From positions 1 to 64,000 of IMG/VR virus record IMGVR_UViG_3300048579_000388: 64,000 nt of DNA, one strand, 5' to 3'. Below, in pieces: positions 1 through 9,313 of the stretch. Every line of letters starts with the position of its first letter. Positions within the stretch are counted from its first letter, which is position 1. The DNA comes from a virus (lineage: Duplodnaviria > Caudoviricetes). Under the pieces are notes generated by a model. That model saw only the letters and a program-made list of their open reading frames with translations, had not been told where the DNA came from and searched no databases. Position numbers and translations under genes: made by a program.

Positions 1-498
1 ATGGCTACGGTTGAGTTGTATGGGGAAATTCCAGCCCAAGACCTCATTGAAGCGAATGCCCCGTTGATGGCTGCAATTGGGCGCGTCACGGTTCGCTGGG
101 CTGCAGTGGACCTGCAAATGGTGGCGATCCTGGCCGCGGTGCTGGGAAATAAGCCAGCGGCGCAATCGATCATATTCGGCGGAAGTGGTGCCGGCCTTCA
201 ACGGTTTGACACCTTCCTCGGTGTAATTGGTCAATCGAGACTCGACCAGCCGAGCCGCGAAAAGGTCTTCAACATTGTGCTGGAGCTGAAGAGCATTTAC
301 GGCGAGAGGAACCGGATTGCGCACGGTCCGCTTGGACTCGAGGTGTCAGTGGACGGCAACGCTGTATCGCTGTCTCTCACCCGCTCCGATCGTGACGGCG
401 ATCCGAAGCCGACATCGTTGGAGAAGGTTGACTCGCACCTCACGAAAGTGGGTGAATTGCTGCAGCGGCTGAGGGGGTTGAGCCTCAGGTTCGGATAG
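1..498 (+). CDS. Hypothetical helical protein (accessory; may start before window)
   Basis: 165-aa ORF opposite to the head genes; no family recognised. Confidence 0.55.
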   Translation: MATVELYGEIPAQDLIEANAPLMAAIGRVTVRWAAVDLQMVAILAAVLGNKPAAQSIIFGGSGAGLQRFDTFLGVIGQSRLDQPSREKVFNIVLELKSIYGERNRIAHGPLGLEVSVDGNAVSLSLTRSDRDGDPKPTSLEKVDSHLTKVGELLQRLRGLSLRFG

Positions 499-889
499 CG
501 AGCAGCTTAAACACAATCCGGCCCATGCCGTCGGGCCGCACGCTCGAAATCTCAAAGTCCCGCATGTCGTCCATTCGAAGTCTGTCCCCTTGCTTCGTCG
601 TGCGGGCGCCGGGGTTGCGTCGCGGGTCTGTGTCGACGGAAAGCTCGATGTTGTAACCCCTGACGAGTGCACGGAAGTCATTGCCGACTCGATTGCGGTT
701 CCCCACCTCGACCGCGTCATAAATCGGTTCTTCTGTCAGTACGCCTGTGCCATCCCACACCTCTCGATCGGGATCCGGACCAGGCCGGCCGTTCTGCGTC
801 GACGCCGCCGGGTGGCATTCAAACTTCACCCCATTGGTGCGATCGACAGTGCGGCTGATCATTCGGTCTAGCCGGTCAAAAACGGACAT
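485..889 (-). CDS. Phage head-tail joining protein
   Basis: 134 aa downstream of capsid gene; size and C-terminal GD-x-L...F-x-I pattern resemble 49211..49585. Confidence 0.6.
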   Translation of the reverse strand: MSVFDRLDRMISRTVDRTNGVKFECHPAASTQNGRPGPDPDREVWDGTGVLTEEPIYDAVEVGNRNRVGNDFRALVRGYNIELSVDTDPRRNPGARTTKQGDRLRMDDMRDFEISSVRPDGMGRIVFKLLAIRT

Positions 890-1100
890 GAGAGATGCTC
901 CGTTGGAAAGGGGGCCTCCCGCGCTCCGTATAGCGGTACGGGTCTCAGGGAGGCGTTGTCAGCGGCGACGAGATGGCAGATGGGCTCTGCCTGCCCCGCG
1001 CGCATCCCGGAGAGGGAGGCCGGGTTAGTGGGCGATTATGGGTGATCGCCGGCACCATGCCCCGGCGCGTGATGCCGCGAGGCCAACCGGGGCAATCTTA

Positions 1101-2981
1101 TCACGGCGCGACGGTCACATGGTCCAGACGGGTCCAGGAGCGCCATTCGAGCCAGCCGAAACCGAAGTCGTGCCTGATCTTGAATTTCACGCCGTCGATC
1201 TCGAAGCCGACCTCGGAGTCGGTGTGCGGGACTTCCTCGCCTTCCAGGTACACGCGCACCGCGCCTTCCATGGCCGCCGGATCGCACACCAACCACGACT
1301 TGGTCTCGCTCGTCAGTCTCGGATCGGAGATGATCGTCAGGCGGCCTGCAATGGGGTTTACATCGGCAACGGAGGACGCCTGCACGGCCGCAAGGATCTT
1401 GATGGCCTGACCTTCAAAATCCGGATGGACGAGCCAGAACTTCGGATACGTGCCGATCACAATGTCGCCCTTGCCCTTACGGCGTGCCATCTTCGCTCGG
1501 AATTGCATGAGCTGCATCGACGGATCTTGGCCGGCATACAGAAGAAGATTTTCAATGTTGCCGCGGCTCGAATGAAAGACGGTCACGCCGTCCTTCATTT
1601 TGGGACCGGCGAAAGCGCTCATCTGAGGATAGGCCGCCATTTCAGCGTTGACCTTGCCGGCAAGTGCCTGGCCCTGCATCTTCGACATGTTTTCGAGCGC
1701 GCCAGCGGCGTTTACGATCAGTTGGCGGGTCAAAGGTACGATCCCGCCCCATGTCCGCACTTGGATGCTCTCCCCGCCTTCGTCGATGTAGGAGGACTTG
1801 AACTCGCCGTGCTCGTTGACTTTGTCGATGTCCATCACAGTCCAATCGACGAACGCCTGAGTGTGGACGTTGAAATCGGGGACCGTGCGCCGGCCGAAGA
1901 GCTGCGGGAGCTGGGAGAGGCTCTCCTGGTAGTAGTCTACAATCCGGGTGTTAGCGACGGTCCCGGAGATGTAGGCGAAGTCAGAGGTGGTCAGATATCC
2001 TCGCTTGACGCGTTCATCTGACCAGCCCCGAATATCTCGCCCTTCGTTCAGGAGGCAGCGCCGAGCGAAAGCGGCCTCGCCATCAGCGAACACTGCTGCT
2101 GCCGCGCCCTCCGGCTCTTTGCCGCGTGTGCGTGCCAGTAGCGCTTCTGCCGCATTCCTACGGAAGAAGTCTGGGTCATCGAACGTACCGCCCATGCCGC
2201 GCGTCTCCACATGGGGGAAGGTCGGGTTCGTGCTCTGCCGCTCGACGATCTTATCGAGAAGCGCCGAGCGGAATGTGTCGACGGGCGTGCCGTTGTCGAT
2301 TGCAGCGTCGAGCTCGGCTTCCGAGATGGTATTCGGAACGAGCCGGGCCAAGCCGCGAAGCTCCGTCACCCGCTTGCGTTCACGCACAGTGTCCGGCCGG
2401 GTGTTGATCGGCGCCTGGCGCTGTTCGATCGGCAGCTCGTCAATTTCATTCTCAGGCATGTTGATTTCCTCGGATCTTGAGAGAGCGTGCGGGTCCGCCG
2501 GTATCGGGACTGCCGAAATTTCCATCGGCTCCCAATCGACTGCCCGGATGATGGGGAGGCCCCCGTTCACGCCCTCGGATTTCTCAAATTTGTGGATCTT
2601 GTAGCCAACCGAGACCGGCAGTGGGTGCCCGTCCTTCAGATCCTGGAAGATCTCCTCGGCTCGCTGCCTTTTCGAGAGCTTGATGCGGGCATAGCCCTTA
2701 CCGCCCTCAATGCGAACGCTGCCCGGCACGACCGTGCCAAGCCGCTGGTCCATGGAGTAGTTGTCGTGGGTGTCGAGAAACGACATGGCGTTGAACCGGT
2801 CGAGCCGGATCGTCTTCTTGTCGACGACAAGCTCTTCCATGTAATAGCCGTCGTCCCACGAATACCGCTTCACGCGAGCGCCAGTCGTCCAGCAGACCTC
2901 GAACGTCCGGTCGTCTTCGTTGAAGGAGCTCTGTGCTCCCCTCAATTCCCGCTTCTGCACTTCGTTTAGTAGAGCATCCAT
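1101..2981 (-). CDS. Prohead protease-major capsid fusion protein
   Basis: N-terminal TTGARVKR...FLDTH...SVGY...EISAVPIPAD protease motifs; C-terminal capsid ending KFKIRHDFGFG; start MDALL chosen. Confidence 0.85.
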   Translation of the reverse strand: MDALLNEVQKRELRGAQSSFNEDDRTFEVCWTTGARVKRYSWDDGYYMEELVVDKKTIRLDRFNAMSFLDTHDNYSMDQRLGTVVPGSVRIEGGKGYARIKLSKRQRAEEIFQDLKDGHPLPVSVGYKIHKFEKSEGVNGGLPIIRAVDWEPMEISAVPIPADPHALSRSEEINMPENEIDELPIEQRQAPINTRPDTVRERKRVTELRGLARLVPNTISEAELDAAIDNGTPVDTFRSALLDKIVERQSTNPTFPHVETRGMGGTFDDPDFFRRNAAEALLARTRGKEPEGAAAAVFADGEAAFARRCLLNEGRDIRGWSDERVKRGYLTTSDFAYISGTVANTRIVDYYQESLSQLPQLFGRRTVPDFNVHTQAFVDWTVMDIDKVNEHGEFKSSYIDEGGESIQVRTWGGIVPLTRQLIVNAAGALENMSKMQGQALAGKVNAEMAAYPQMSAFAGPKMKDGVTVFHSSRGNIENLLLYAGQDPSMQLMQFRAKMARRKGKGDIVIGTYPKFWLVHPDFEGQAIKILAAVQASSVADVNPIAGRLTIISDPRLTSETKSWLVCDPAAMEGAVRVYLEGEEVPHTDSEVGFEIDGVKFKIRHDFGFGWLEWRSWTRLDHVTVAP

Positions 2982-3427
2982 CAGACGGCTCCCCTCGCTG
3001 CTTGAGCGCGGAGCGATGTTCGGATGGCGCGCGCGACGACCCTGTGAAGCGCCACGCACCGGGTATGGCGCTGTCCCTCAACTATCTCGCTGACCTTGGC
3101 CGGCGTGTGAGCGAAAGCAACTGTCCGCCCTTCGGTTCCCGGCTTGACGACGATGAGCGCCCAGCAGTCGCTCTCCTCATCGTCGAAGAGCCGCGCAATC
3201 TCATCCTTGCCAGCGCCCACGATCATGGCTGCGTCGTGAGCTGAGACGCCTTCGCTGGTGATCTCCAGTGCCGTGAGGATCAGCAGCTCGTTCAGCGGCG
3301 ATTGCTCTTGCGAACCGATACCCTGCTTTATGCCGGACACCATTCCCTCGGATACACCCGTGACCTCGGCCATGCGCTTTTGCGTGAGTCCCATCGATCG
3401 TTTCCAGTGAACTATCACAGGATACAT
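2981..3427 (-). CDS. XRE-type HTH regulator
   Basis: GLTQKRMAEVTGVSEGMVSGIKQG helix-turn-helix; divergent from the tape-measure gene. Confidence 0.65.
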   Translation of the reverse strand: MYPVIVHWKRSMGLTQKRMAEVTGVSEGMVSGIKQGIGSQEQSPLNELLILTALEITSEGVSAHDAAMIVGAGKDEIARLFDDEESDCWALIVVKPGTEGRTVAFAHTPAKVSEIVEGQRHTRCVALHRVVARAIRTSLRAQAARGAV

Positions 3428-3447
3428 ACAACAGATTTTGATGTATC
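3421..3447. promoter_or_regulatory. Inverted repeat GATACAT-N13-ATGTATC, candidate operator
   Basis: Perfect 7-bp inverted repeat in the AT-rich gap between divergent HTH and tape-measure genes. Confidence 0.4.
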
Positions 3448-3492
3448 ACTAGGGGCGCTTCAGTTTTCGTGAACGGTTCGATGGAGACCCGC

Positions 3493-6273
3493 ATGACCAG
3501 TCGCACTGCCCAGCTTCGCCTTCAACTTCTGGACTCCGTCTCCGGCCCGGCGAAAGGCGTGGCCGGTTCGCTAGGCGGGATCGATCGCGCAATGGCCAGT
3601 TTTGGCAAACGCGGGACACCGGAGGCGCGCCGGCTCGCCAAGGAGCTCGAGTACCTCAAGCGCAAGGCGGACGCTCTCGACGACTTCAAGGGGTCGCGCC
3701 GCGGCCTGAAGGAAATGTCGACCGACTTGAAGGCGGCACAATCGAACCTGCATCGTATGCAGCAGACGATGAAGAATGTGACCGTCCCGACTGGCAAGAT
3801 GAGGGCAGACCTCAAGTCGGCCGAGGCTGCGGTCAAGAGCACGAGTGAAGCCTTTAAGCAGCAAGGCGCGGCAGTGCGAGCCTACGCGAATGCCCTCAAG
3901 ACCTATGGCGTCAACAGCCGGTCCGCGATCGGAACATCGCAGCAGCAGATTCGCGACGACATCGCGAAGACCATCAGGGAAATGCGCAGGCTCGAGCGCG
4001 AGGCAGCGAAGCCGTTGCCGAGGCCGAAGACCGATCCGGCCGCTCGCACGCCGCGAGAGCGCATGTCCTCGCTTCTCCCTGATACTGCCGGCGCCTATCT
4101 CGGCTATCAGGCCGTCAATGCAGGTCGCAACATCGGTGCTCGGTCCTTCAGCAACGCGGTGGGCTTCTCCGAGGTAAGCGAATTCCAGAACGCGCTTGGC
4201 GGCTACGATCAGAAGGACCGAGACGCCCTAAACGCGCAGGCGAAGAAGATCGGAGGCGACACCCGGTTCGATAATGTCGATGTCATCCGAGCGCAAACCT
4301 CCTTACTGCAAGGCGGGATTCGCGACGCGAAGACCATTATGTCCATGATGGGCCCGATCACGGATTACGCCCTGGCCATGGGCGTGTCCCTCGATGAGGC
4401 GGCCGAAACCGTCAAGGGCGCCTCGCAGACCAAGCGCATCAATTTTCAAGACCCGAAGCGGATCTCGGAATTTGTCGATCACCTCGTCCAGATGGCCAAG
4501 TCGTCGGGTATGAATGACGAGGACGTGCGCCAGTACACGAAATATGGCGGCTCAAGCTTGACCGGCATCGGCATGCCAGACGACTACAGCGCCGCCATGG
4601 CCATGATACTTCGACGCTCAGGCGTCCGAGGGGACGAGGCCGGCGTGTTCGCGCGCTCGGCGGCGTCGAAGCTGGTGGCCCCGACGAAGAAGGGTCGCTC
4701 TGCATTGGCGGCCATGGAGATCGATTACGACTCGTTCGTAAAGATGCCTGACGCGCTCAGCCTGAAGGGACTCGAGACCGTAATCCGGACAGAGTTCGGC
4801 AAGTCCTTGACCGACGAAATGCGGGAGAAGGTTGCCGACGTGCTGGAAAACGGCACCTATCTGGATGAGAGCGGAGAGGAGAATCCGATCGCGTCGGACC
4901 TAGGCCAATTTCAGGTCGCGATGGCGGAAATCCTGAATCCGCTCTTCGCAAACGATAAGGGCAAGGTTGCCATGAAAGACGCCAATGCGTTGGCGAAATC
5001 GCTGGGCACCTTCCATAAGAACTCAGCTGAAAGCGTCGACGTCGTCGGTTTGTTCAACTCGATCTTCTCGAAGAACCCGACCCAGGCACAGCTCAACTCG
5101 ATCTTCACCGATAAGCAGGGTGGCCGCGCCAAGAACATTGCGAGCCAATGGCCGGCGTTCCTCGATGCACTCAAACAAATGCGCAACGTGCCGCCCGGCC
5201 TGGCGCACAACATCGGGGAGAAGGCCAACCAAGGCCTCTATGGCGATTGGACGAAACTGACGGGCACAGTTGAGACCGCTCTGACGACGATCGGGCAGGA
5301 CATGGAAGTCGCAACGCGGCCGATGATCAATTCAGCGAACCAGGTGCTCGACTCCTTCAACAACTTGGACCAGGGCAGCCGGCGACTCGCTGAGGCCTTC
5401 GGCGGCGCCGCGTTGACCCTCGCCGGCTTAGAAGCCAAGCGAGTTGCCGGAAATATGATCCGGGGAGTCTTAGGGGGCGCCGCCGCCGGTGCCACCACAT
5501 CCGGGAGTCTCACCGGCAGCATCTTCGGCATGCTCGCCCGCTCCCGCGGCAACATGGCCATGTTGGGCTACATGGCTTCGGTTGGCGCGCTCGCATGGAT
5601 GTTCCCGAACACCGACGCCGGCAAGGCGCCTGCGAAGCAATATGACCAGGGCGAGGATGCGAACCGAGAAAACTATCGCCGTATGTGGGGATCGAAGATC
5701 AACGATGCCGGCGCATGGGAAGGTGGTCGCCACCGCGCGTACTCCGGCTTTGGTCCGGTCTCTGGTCAGTCGTCTCCATTTGGCGACTACCAGGCTCAGG
5801 CGGACGCCGCCGGCACGTCGATCGAGCAAAGCCTCAACGTCTCGGTAAAGCCGAACGTCGACACGAGCGCGATCGAGAGGGCGAAGCAGTTGGCCATTGA
5901 AGCCGGTAACGCCATCCGTTCGCTCGGCGGCATGAGCACGCCAGGTAAGGCGACGTCGGTCAACACCAACAAGTTCGGTGGGCCTCGCGCCAAGGGTGGC
6001 CCCGTGAAAAAGGGCCAGACCTACCTGACTGGCGAGAAGGGTGTGGAGCTCTTCACGCCAGGGGCTGATGGGCACATCACCCCGAACCATGAACTGGCCG
6101 GGGCAGGTGGGACCACTGTGGGCGGCGCGACCATCAACGTGAAGATGACCAACCACTTCGGTGGCAAAAACATGGAGGATGACGCGATGAAGGCTCTCAG
6201 AGCGTTGGATCGCGGCCTCCGACGCGCGCAGCAGACGGCGTTCTCTGGTCTTAAATTCCGAGGAGACACCTAA
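3493..6273 (+). CDS. Phage tail tape measure protein
   Basis: ~926 aa Ala-rich; LLDSVSGPAK N-terminus, GDEAGVFARS core, GPRAKGGPV...GEKGVELFTP C-terminus; GGAG precedes ATG 3493. Confidence 0.85.
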   Translation: MTSRTAQLRLQLLDSVSGPAKGVAGSLGGIDRAMASFGKRGTPEARRLAKELEYLKRKADALDDFKGSRRGLKEMSTDLKAAQSNLHRMQQTMKNVTVPTGKMRADLKSAEAAVKSTSEAFKQQGAAVRAYANALKTYGVNSRSAIGTSQQQIRDDIAKTIREMRRLEREAAKPLPRPKTDPAARTPRERMSSLLPDTAGAYLGYQAVNAGRNIGARSFSNAVGFSEVSEFQNALGGYDQKDRDALNAQAKKIGGDTRFDNVDVIRAQTSLLQGGIRDAKTIMSMMGPITDYALAMGVSLDEAAETVKGASQTKRINFQDPKRISEFVDHLVQMAKSSGMNDEDVRQYTKYGGSSLTGIGMPDDYSAAMAMILRRSGVRGDEAGVFARSAASKLVAPTKKGRSALAAMEIDYDSFVKMPDALSLKGLETVIRTEFGKSLTDEMREKVADVLENGTYLDESGEENPIASDLGQFQVAMAEILNPLFANDKGKVAMKDANALAKSLGTFHKNSAESVDVVGLFNSIFSKNPTQAQLNSIFTDKQGGRAKNIASQWPAFLDALKQMRNVPPGLAHNIGEKANQGLYGDWTKLTGTVETALTTIGQDMEVATRPMINSANQVLDSFNNLDQGSRRLAEAFGGAALTLAGLEAKRVAGNMIRGVLGGAAAGATTSGSLTGSIFGMLARSRGNMAMLGYMASVGALAWMFPNTDAGKAPAKQYDQGEDANRENYRRMWGSKINDAGAWEGGRHRAYSGFGPVSGQSSPFGDYQAQADAAGTSIEQSLNVSVKPNVDTSAIERAKQLAIEAGNAIRSLGGMSTPGKATSVNTNKFGGPRAKGGPVKKGQTYLTGEKGVELFTPGADGHITPNHELAGAGGTTVGGATINVKMTNHFGGKNMEDDAMKALRALDRGLRRAQQTAFSGLKFRGDT

Positions 6274-6395
6274 TGCTGATGAAGTGGGGACCGTTTCGGT
6301 TCACGATTCCGACCTATGGGGTCAGTTGCGACGCTGCTCGGCGATCGCTATATTCAGATCTTATTGTAATGGCGAAGGTCTGTAATGTTTCCTGA
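6273..6395 (+). pseudogene. Probable truncated P2 GpU-like tail gene remnant
   Basis: ATG overlaps tape-measure TAA; MLMKWGPFRFTIPTY resembles GpU N-termini, then unrelated sequence and stop after 40 aa. Confidence 0.45.
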
Positions 6396-6948
6396 CGCAA
6401 TCACTATTGGCGACGCCCTTGCCAACGCGCAGCGGGGGATCGCGGCAGAGCGCCCAGCGATTATGCGACCGTTCCGCGACACTTCCGCAATCACCGCTCG
6501 CCATCTTCAAACCATGCGGGCGCGTGCCGAGGAGTTGAGCCAGCAAATTGAACGAGAGAAGGCGTTTGCGATAGAATGTCAGGAGGCACTTGGCGGTTCA
6601 TTCGCAGAATACGAAGTGCAGCCCGAGCATTTGCAGGAACTCGCTGCCCTAGCTGATTTCGTGGAGCAGAGGCTTCAAGAAACCGCAGGTTTCTTGGACG
6701 AACTGGCAACAGCTAATAAGCGCCAAATGAAGGAATTCCGTAGATATCTTTCACCCACTGAGTTCAAAGAGCTGGAAGGCGAGGTGGCGCGGCTGGGCCA
6801 ACTCCTGAGGCAGGAGTGGGACGTTAGATCTGACTTTGCAATGTTCCTGCGAGGCATTTACGTCGAATATTCTGAGGATCTTTCGAAGGCACCCGTTTTT
6901 GACAATCCGGATGAGCTGGCGGCATTTCTGGACAGAGCCGTTGGATGA
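6385..6948 (+). CDS. Putative antitoxin, coiled-coil rich
   Basis: Overlaps toxin start (ATGA); ends APVFDNPDELAAFL, resembling RelB/DinJ-type C-termini. Confidence 0.5.
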   Translation: MFPDAITIGDALANAQRGIAAERPAIMRPFRDTSAITARHLQTMRARAEELSQQIEREKAFAIECQEALGGSFAEYEVQPEHLQELAALADFVEQRLQETAGFLDELATANKRQMKEFRRYLSPTEFKELEGEVARLGQLLRQEWDVRSDFAMFLRGIYVEYSEDLSKAPVFDNPDELAAFLDRAVG

Positions 6949-7223
6949 CGCCCTATAAGATCCGTGTCGCCGACGGCTACCTCAAGGGTCTGAAGAAACT
7001 GCCGCCCGATCGGCAGAAGGGCGCAAACAAGTCGCTCGTTCTCTTCCAAACCGAGCCGCAGTTGCACCGGTTGAAGTTCCGGCAACTCAAAGGCCAAGAA
7101 TACCACTACATCATCAACGGCAAGGGCGGCGATCGTATCATCCTGCTGAAGGAGAGTGCGGACACTTTCGTAGCGCTCGATGTTGGTCCGCACGACATTT
7201 ACAGAAAATGGGACAGGCGCTAG
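6945..7223 (+). CDS. RelE/ParE-superfamily toxin
   Basis: 92 aa, basic, YLKGLKKLP...LKG...RII...DVGPHDIY pattern. Confidence 0.7.
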   Translation: MTPYKIRVADGYLKGLKKLPPDRQKGANKSLVLFQTEPQLHRLKFRQLKGQEYHYIINGKGGDRIILLKESADTFVALDVGPHDIYRKWDRR

Positions 7224-7414
7224 CGGCGCTTTGTAAGGGCCTCGAGCTGGACATGAGTGAGATAGGAACGGGTCGTTTTGCCTAAGTCCCAACGGCCGTG
7301 TGCCACCTTCCCCTCAATCCAGCCATCCCGCTGAAGCTTTTGCAGCGTGCGAGGCAAGATTCCCAGCACCTCTGCCATCTCATCTGTCGAACATTCGATC
7401 ACCTGAACAGTCAT
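7220..7414 (-). CDS. Nu1/terminase small subunit-like winged-HTH mini-protein
   Basis: STDEMAEVLGILPRTLQKLQRDGWI...GRWDLGKTTRSY; directly downstream of a cos-like site. Confidence 0.55.
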   Translation of the reverse strand: MTVQVIECSTDEMAEVLGILPRTLQKLQRDGWIEGKVAHGRWDLGKTTRSYLTHVQLEALTKRR

Positions 7415-7467
7415 TTTCGTCTCCTAAAACGAATCCGAATCGGAGAAATTTTTTCACCGAATTCGCT

Positions 7468-7523
7468 CAAATACTGCGCTGCCGCCGACCCGCGGACGAC
7501 GTGCCACAGGTCGGAAGAACCTT
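7468..7523 (-). promoter_or_regulatory. cos-like packaging site of left element
   Basis: Minus strand AAGGTTCTTCC...CCGCGGGTCGGCGGCAGCGCAGTATTT, lambda cosQ/cosN-like layout upstream of Nu1-like gene. Confidence 0.5.
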
Positions 7524-7545
7524 AACGGGGGGCGGGGTGCGTCAC

Positions 7546-7833
7546 TCAGTGCGTTTGGCCCTGATGACCGGCTGTCGGCTCATCGTCGACGTGAACGATC
7601 TGAGCGCCCATCTCGACCACAAGGTCGCTTGCCTTGGCGAGCGCGGTCTCGCGGTTCGGTGTGATCGCGGACATAGATCCATCTGGCGTGTCGATGACAA
7701 GCAGCCAGACAGGCACGGGCGTCTCCAGCTTGTTCTCAAGCACGGAGTCGCTGATCATGATCTTCTGCTCGATGATGAAGCCGAGCTTGATTTCGATCTT
7801 GGTGGTCATGGTGCGTGCCTTATCAGTCATCAT
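7546..7833 (-). CDS. Hypothetical phage protein
   Basis: 95-aa ORF in leftward operon overlapping the upstream gene stop. Confidence 0.45.
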   Translation of the reverse strand: MMTDKARTMTTKIEIKLGFIIEQKIMISDSVLENKLETPVPVWLLVIDTPDGSMSAITPNRETALAKASDLVVEMGAQIVHVDDEPTAGHQGQTH

Positions 7834-8380
7834 AGCCTCGCTTGTGCTCTAGCATCGCCTCCACCCTGCCGACGGCCAGGACGGGCATCAGCGTGTCAAC
7901 AGTGGGCATCATTGCGAGGAAGGTCTGCGCCTCGCCAGAAGTCAGGCCAGTGACCATAACCTTCTCCTGCATTTCGAGTGATCGCTTCTCGATGGCAGTA
8001 CGTGCCTGTTTTTCTGCCGCATCAATCTCGCGCTGGGCGATCCGGCGCAGTTCTGCGCAGCGTTCTTTCGTCGCGTTCTGACCTTTGCCGTACCAGCCGA
8101 GCGACAGGCTCGGCGCGAATTCCTTCGGGATGCCCAGCTTCTCGCACTCTTCTGCGATCTTGAGCTTCGCGTCGGCTACCGCGGCTTGCGCCGCCTTGGT
8201 CGCAGCATCCCACACGGTGTTTTCGTTGAAGCTATAGGTCCGATCCAACTGACGTTCGAAATCCGCCATCAGGACAGCAGACCGCTCTTTCGCCTCGGTT
8301 TTCGCGACACGCTCTCGCTGTCGAACGATCTTGACGAGTGTGTCGCGGTCGGACCGAGTCATCGACTCTGTGGTGGTCAT
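7823..8380 (-). CDS. Hypothetical coiled-coil phage protein
   Basis: 185 aa, coding-like composition, co-oriented in operon. Confidence 0.6.
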   Translation of the reverse strand: MTTTESMTRSDRDTLVKIVRQRERVAKTEAKERSAVLMADFERQLDRTYSFNENTVWDAATKAAQAAVADAKLKIAEECEKLGIPKEFAPSLSLGWYGKGQNATKERCAELRRIAQREIDAAEKQARTAIEKRSLEMQEKVMVTGLTSGEAQTFLAMMPTVDTLMPVLAVGRVEAMLEHKRGYDD

Positions 8381-8548
8381 AATAGATTCCTATTGGTTGC
8401 ATTGACTGTTGATAATGGCCTTGATGATGAGGGTGACGTTTGCGGCACCCGCGGTATCTTCTTTTTCTTCTTCTTATATTCTTCTTTGCGATACCCTTCC
8501 GATACGGTCTCGGAACCGTTCGAAACCGTTTCGCAATGGTATTGCGGA

Positions 8549-9019
8549 TCAGAAGTCCGGATCCACTTTTCCAAAGTCAGGATCTCTGCTTGTTGGTCTT
8601 GGCCGACGCGGTGGTGGCGGCTCCGGCTCGCTGGTCTTCGCGTCCCTTGCGAACTCCCGCAGGGCTGCCGATCGCACCAATTCAGACTCCGTTTCGGCGA
8701 TCTGCTTTTGCATGCCGAGTGCATGTTTCGGGTTCTGAGGTGGGGAGAACCGAAACCACCCATGTGCGAACATCTCGTGCGTTTCTGGATCGAAGACGAT
8801 CAAGCCTGCGTCGACGAGCCGCCCGCGCGCTTCGTTGAATTTCGCCTCGGTCCAGCTCAAGTCGGCCGCGGCATACATCGCCGGAATCCGCGCAACCCCT
8901 ACACTGGTCTGGTGCTCCGCCGTCAGGAGATAGAGCATCGCGAGCCGGTCCACGTCTGACAGGCCGGCCACCCGTTTCGAGCGCCAGAACGCAGCGCTCA
9001 CCTTCGAAAATCGTGCCAT
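8549..9019 (-). CDS. Phage replication initiator-like protein (N-terminal winged helix)
   Basis: FWRSKRV...RLAMLYLLT...H...VGVARIP.MYAAADLSW pattern; linker-like text continues in another frame (8377..8763). Confidence 0.65.
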   Translation of the reverse strand: MARFSKVSAAFWRSKRVAGLSDVDRLAMLYLLTAEHQTSVGVARIPAMYAAADLSWTEAKFNEARGRLVDAGLIVFDPETHEMFAHGWFRFSPPQNPKHALGMQKQIAETESELVRSAALREFARDAKTSEPEPPPPRRPRPTSRDPDFGKVDPDF

Positions 9020-9098
9020 CGCGAGCCCCAATTGCATTGACATTCTCCGGCCCTCATCTCAAATGGATCGTGCTTTAGATTCCTATTGGATGACGCCT

Positions 9099-9133
9099 TG
9101 CCCGCCGGCCCTTCAACTGGCGGGTTTTTCTTT
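9099..9133 (+). terminator. Rho-independent terminator-like hairpin, antisense to the operon
   Basis: CCCGCC...GGCGGG followed by TTTTTCTTT. Confidence 0.45.
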
Positions 9134-9313
9134 GCCGTGGCTCAATCGGATGGCCTCGCAGGCTTCGATAGCGCTCAGCCCGAACATTTCGCGGAGGGCG
9201 GGCACCAGAGGCACCGGTCGCTCGCGTGGTGGAGTTATCGCCAGGAAGCTGGCTGCTTCTTCCACGGCCGCGCTATGCTGGTGCTCGACGGCTTCCATCG
9301 GTGGAGCGTTCAT
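9113..9313 (-). CDS. Small hypothetical phage protein
   Basis: 66 aa; start overlaps upstream gene stop. Confidence 0.5.
   Translation of the reverse strand: MNAPPMEAVEHQHSAAVEEAASFLAITPPRERPVPLVPALREMFGLSAIEACEAIRLSHGKEKPAS

Noticed and set aside
890-1100. Structured RNA between capsid and head-tail genes
   Set aside because: GC-rich stems are present, but nothing distinguishes them from chance pairing or a decayed small gene without homolog alignment.
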